A DNA stretch of 64,000 bases, taken from the NCBI RefSeq assembly GCF_036971445.1, contig NC_091470.1:181970001-182034000 (forward strand), given 5' to 3'. Both the position numbers and the translations under genes were made by a program. Source of the DNA: Narcine bancroftii (Eukaryota). A model generated the notes under the pieces. That model searched no databases and was not told the origin of the DNA. It saw nothing but the letters and a program-made list of their open reading frames with translations. This document shows positions 61,513 to 64,000 of the stretch, one piece after another; the first letter of the stretch is position 1, and every line of letters begins with the position of its first letter.

Positions 61513-61990
61513 TGTTATATATAGAGAATTTAGGTTAAAATGGCTTAAGTTAAAATGTGATGATTAATCATAAAAAGGGAAGCCAGAACGGACAGGGAGC
61601 TTACTAGCAGCCAAGGACAAAAGGTTCAGCTGGATATGTTTTTTTAAACATATCTTTTCATGGTCATAGTGAGAGACATGCAGGAGACAAAAGATTGATA
61701 AGAAGGGTGAGAAACAGAATTTAGTGTATGTAGAGTTCGCAGCGTACGTAACGAATGTGATAATTAAAAATGCAGTTGTACTTAGAATGCTTTTGCAATA
61801 CTAACCAATTAAAACAGTATTAATAAGAAGGGGAAGGGCAAACAACAAGGGTATAAAAATCAATGCACTGTATGTATCGGGGCTTAACTGGTGAGAAGCC
61901 AGTTGAGTCCAACTCTGCAGACTTGTAAATAAAGCTTGTCGTGTCATCAGTTTTAAAGAGACTCATGTGTGAGAAGTTTTATTTCTGACA
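61513..61990 (+). repeat. ERV 3' LTR (478 bp), preceded by PPT aaagagagaaaggggtgg
   Basis: Near-identical to the 5' LTR. Confidence 0.97.
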
Positions 61991-64000
61991 TCACTGATGC
62001 CAGCAGGCAAAAGGTGCAGGTGCCCCAAGACCCCACCAGGTTCAGGGACAGCTGCTAATCCCTCCACCATCGGGATCTTCATCGATAAACTCAATCAGGG
62101 ACTCATTTAAGGACCCTTACTTGTGTACGTTATTGTATTGCACAGTCAGCTTGTTTACATTTCTTTGTTTACACGTGTACATTAGATACAGTTCCGCTCT
62201 ACCAATAAGTGGTAATTCTGCCTGGCCTATAGGAAAAGAACCTTAGGGTTGTATGTGATGTCATGTATGTCATAAATACATACATGACAAAAAACCTGAA
62301 ATCTGAAAACACTGGACGTGCTTAGCAGATAAGACAGATCTGAAGAAAAGGAAACAGTCAAGATTTTGGGTTCCATGCCATTCATTTTGCCATCTACATT
62401 TCCCCACATTAGAACCACTTAGTTAAGGGTCTGTTTAAATGCATCTTCAACAATAACACTTTGCCTCCTGAACTCGTTTGGTTCTATTTTATTGAGTTTT
62501 GGCTGTTGAGCACAAAACTCACCTCACCATTTTCCTATCACGTACTGTGCTTTTTTTAAAGATACAACCTATTTTTGTGATTTCCCGGCCTCAAGCGCAC
62601 AAACCCATGAACAGCAACATGCCATTAAAAGCTCATGTTCTGCATTCGCACCTTCCCGGCTGATCTTGGTGACGACCATGGTGAAAGGTTTCACAGGGGC
62701 ATTGCGACCAATGGTGTCATGGCAACCGGAATCCAACAACATTGGCCGACGACTGTGGGACACTGACACGAGAGGCATCAGATGCTGAGTACAAACGAAA
62801 ATCAGCGGCAAAACATTTTTAGGTCGACCGAACTAACGGTATGTGCCAGCATCATTAAACATGCTAAATTCAATGCACGTTCATTTAATTCCAATTTCCT
62901 ACGTGATACAACAATCCTGAAATTACCTTTGTGTTTAGATGAAAGTTGTCGATCATAATGCTCTTTTTATTCAAGAAGCAAACGTTTTGGAAAAACATTA
63001 CTCTCCAGTGTAATTTAATCTGCTTTCTACTGTCTCTTCTGCAGGGTATTCTAAATATCAACCACTCTCTGTTATTTTTTTAAAAACTCCATGCAGCTTT
63101 TAAACCTTTTAACTTCTTAAGGTGGTGACTGTTGTCACTTGTATCCCTGTCACTGGAAAACAGATTTGGAAGATCTACTCTTACAGAGCACCTTCTCATT
63201 TTGTATCAGTTCCCCTAATCGTCAATCACTCCAGGGAAAATAAGCTAGACCACTTGCCTGATGGCAGCAGTGAGAACAGAGCTTGTCCTGGGTGATGTGG
63301 ATCATTGATGGTCGCTGCTGCTCTCCCCAATGGCAGCGTTCCCCTGTAGATTTTCTCGATGGTGGGGAGGGGGGGAGGGGGAGGGTGTGGTTTGCCTGGG
63401 CTGTGTCCACAATCATTCTCTGTTATTAAAATCATGTCGTGAAGCATTGTTTCTTGTCCACAGCTGCTGACTGATCTTCCAAGTTCCTTTTCTGGCATTA
63501 TTGTGTCAGTTCTGTATGTTATCAATGTCACACATACATGCGTGGGGAAAAAAATCCAGGGTATGGGGGGCAGTGAAATGAGGCCAACATGAATCTTAAC
63601 CCTTCCCTTTCCAAGCTGGATCAAGCTGAATCTACAGGGTTTTACAAAGTTTGGCTACACTAAATAATTAGCAATTGCAGGCGTGCACAGTTTCCCCATT
63701 TCGATTCTGCGCTCCACTCCCACGTCTGCCCATGGGCTAGTACACTGTCAAACCAAGTCTGCCATTAAATTACAGAAGAAACATCCAATATCCTGCCCGG
63801 GGCGCTCTCTGCCCGCATGGCATTAACGCAGACTTCGGCTCACCAGCTTCCCGCTCTCTCTCTCCCTCTCTCTCTCTATTCACTAGAGCGATCCCCCCTT
63901 TCCTCTGTTTGCTCCTTCCCCTATCTACCTATGACCTCCTGCCTGTGGGATTGTGCTCTTCCCTCCACCATTTTGTTCAGACATCTGCCTCCATTTTACT

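Larger units (their letters stand above)
54094..61990 (+). mobile_element. Class I (gamma/epsilon-like) endogenous retrovirus, near full length
   Basis: LTR-PBS-gag-pro-pol-env-PPT-LTR; 5-bp TSD TCACT (54089-54093, 61991-61995); inserted in a Rex-like LINE fragment. Confidence 0.98.

Overview
Vertebrate genomic DNA. The repeat landscape (CR1, Rex/Babar-like and RTE LINEs, tRNA-derived SINEs, Penelope-derived elements) suggests a cartilaginous fish; that assignment is inference. 1-20.6 kb holds the 5' half of cytosolic valyl-tRNA synthetase (VARS1, minus strand): eight phase-consistent coding exons and a CpG-rich promoter with an ATF4-type element. 22.9-50.1 kb holds an unusual histone island: four intronless, mutually divergent, Arg-enriched H1-like genes, one H3 pseudogene and one orphan histone stem-loop. 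Their 3' ends range from stem-loop only to poly(A) signal only. One H1-like gene lacks half of the winged helix and another carries a protamine-like Arg block, so this may be an H1-to-sperm-nuclear-basic-protein series. 53.1-53.7 kb is a probable terminal exon of a Cys-juxtamembrane, Tyr-motif membrane protein. 54.1-62.0 kb is a young, nearly full-length class I ERV (478-bp LTRs, tRNA-Pro PBS, ERV3-like env). Also present: a 5'-inverted RTE, a Gypsy remnant, solo LTRs and MITEs. Everything was read by eye and no database searches were run.
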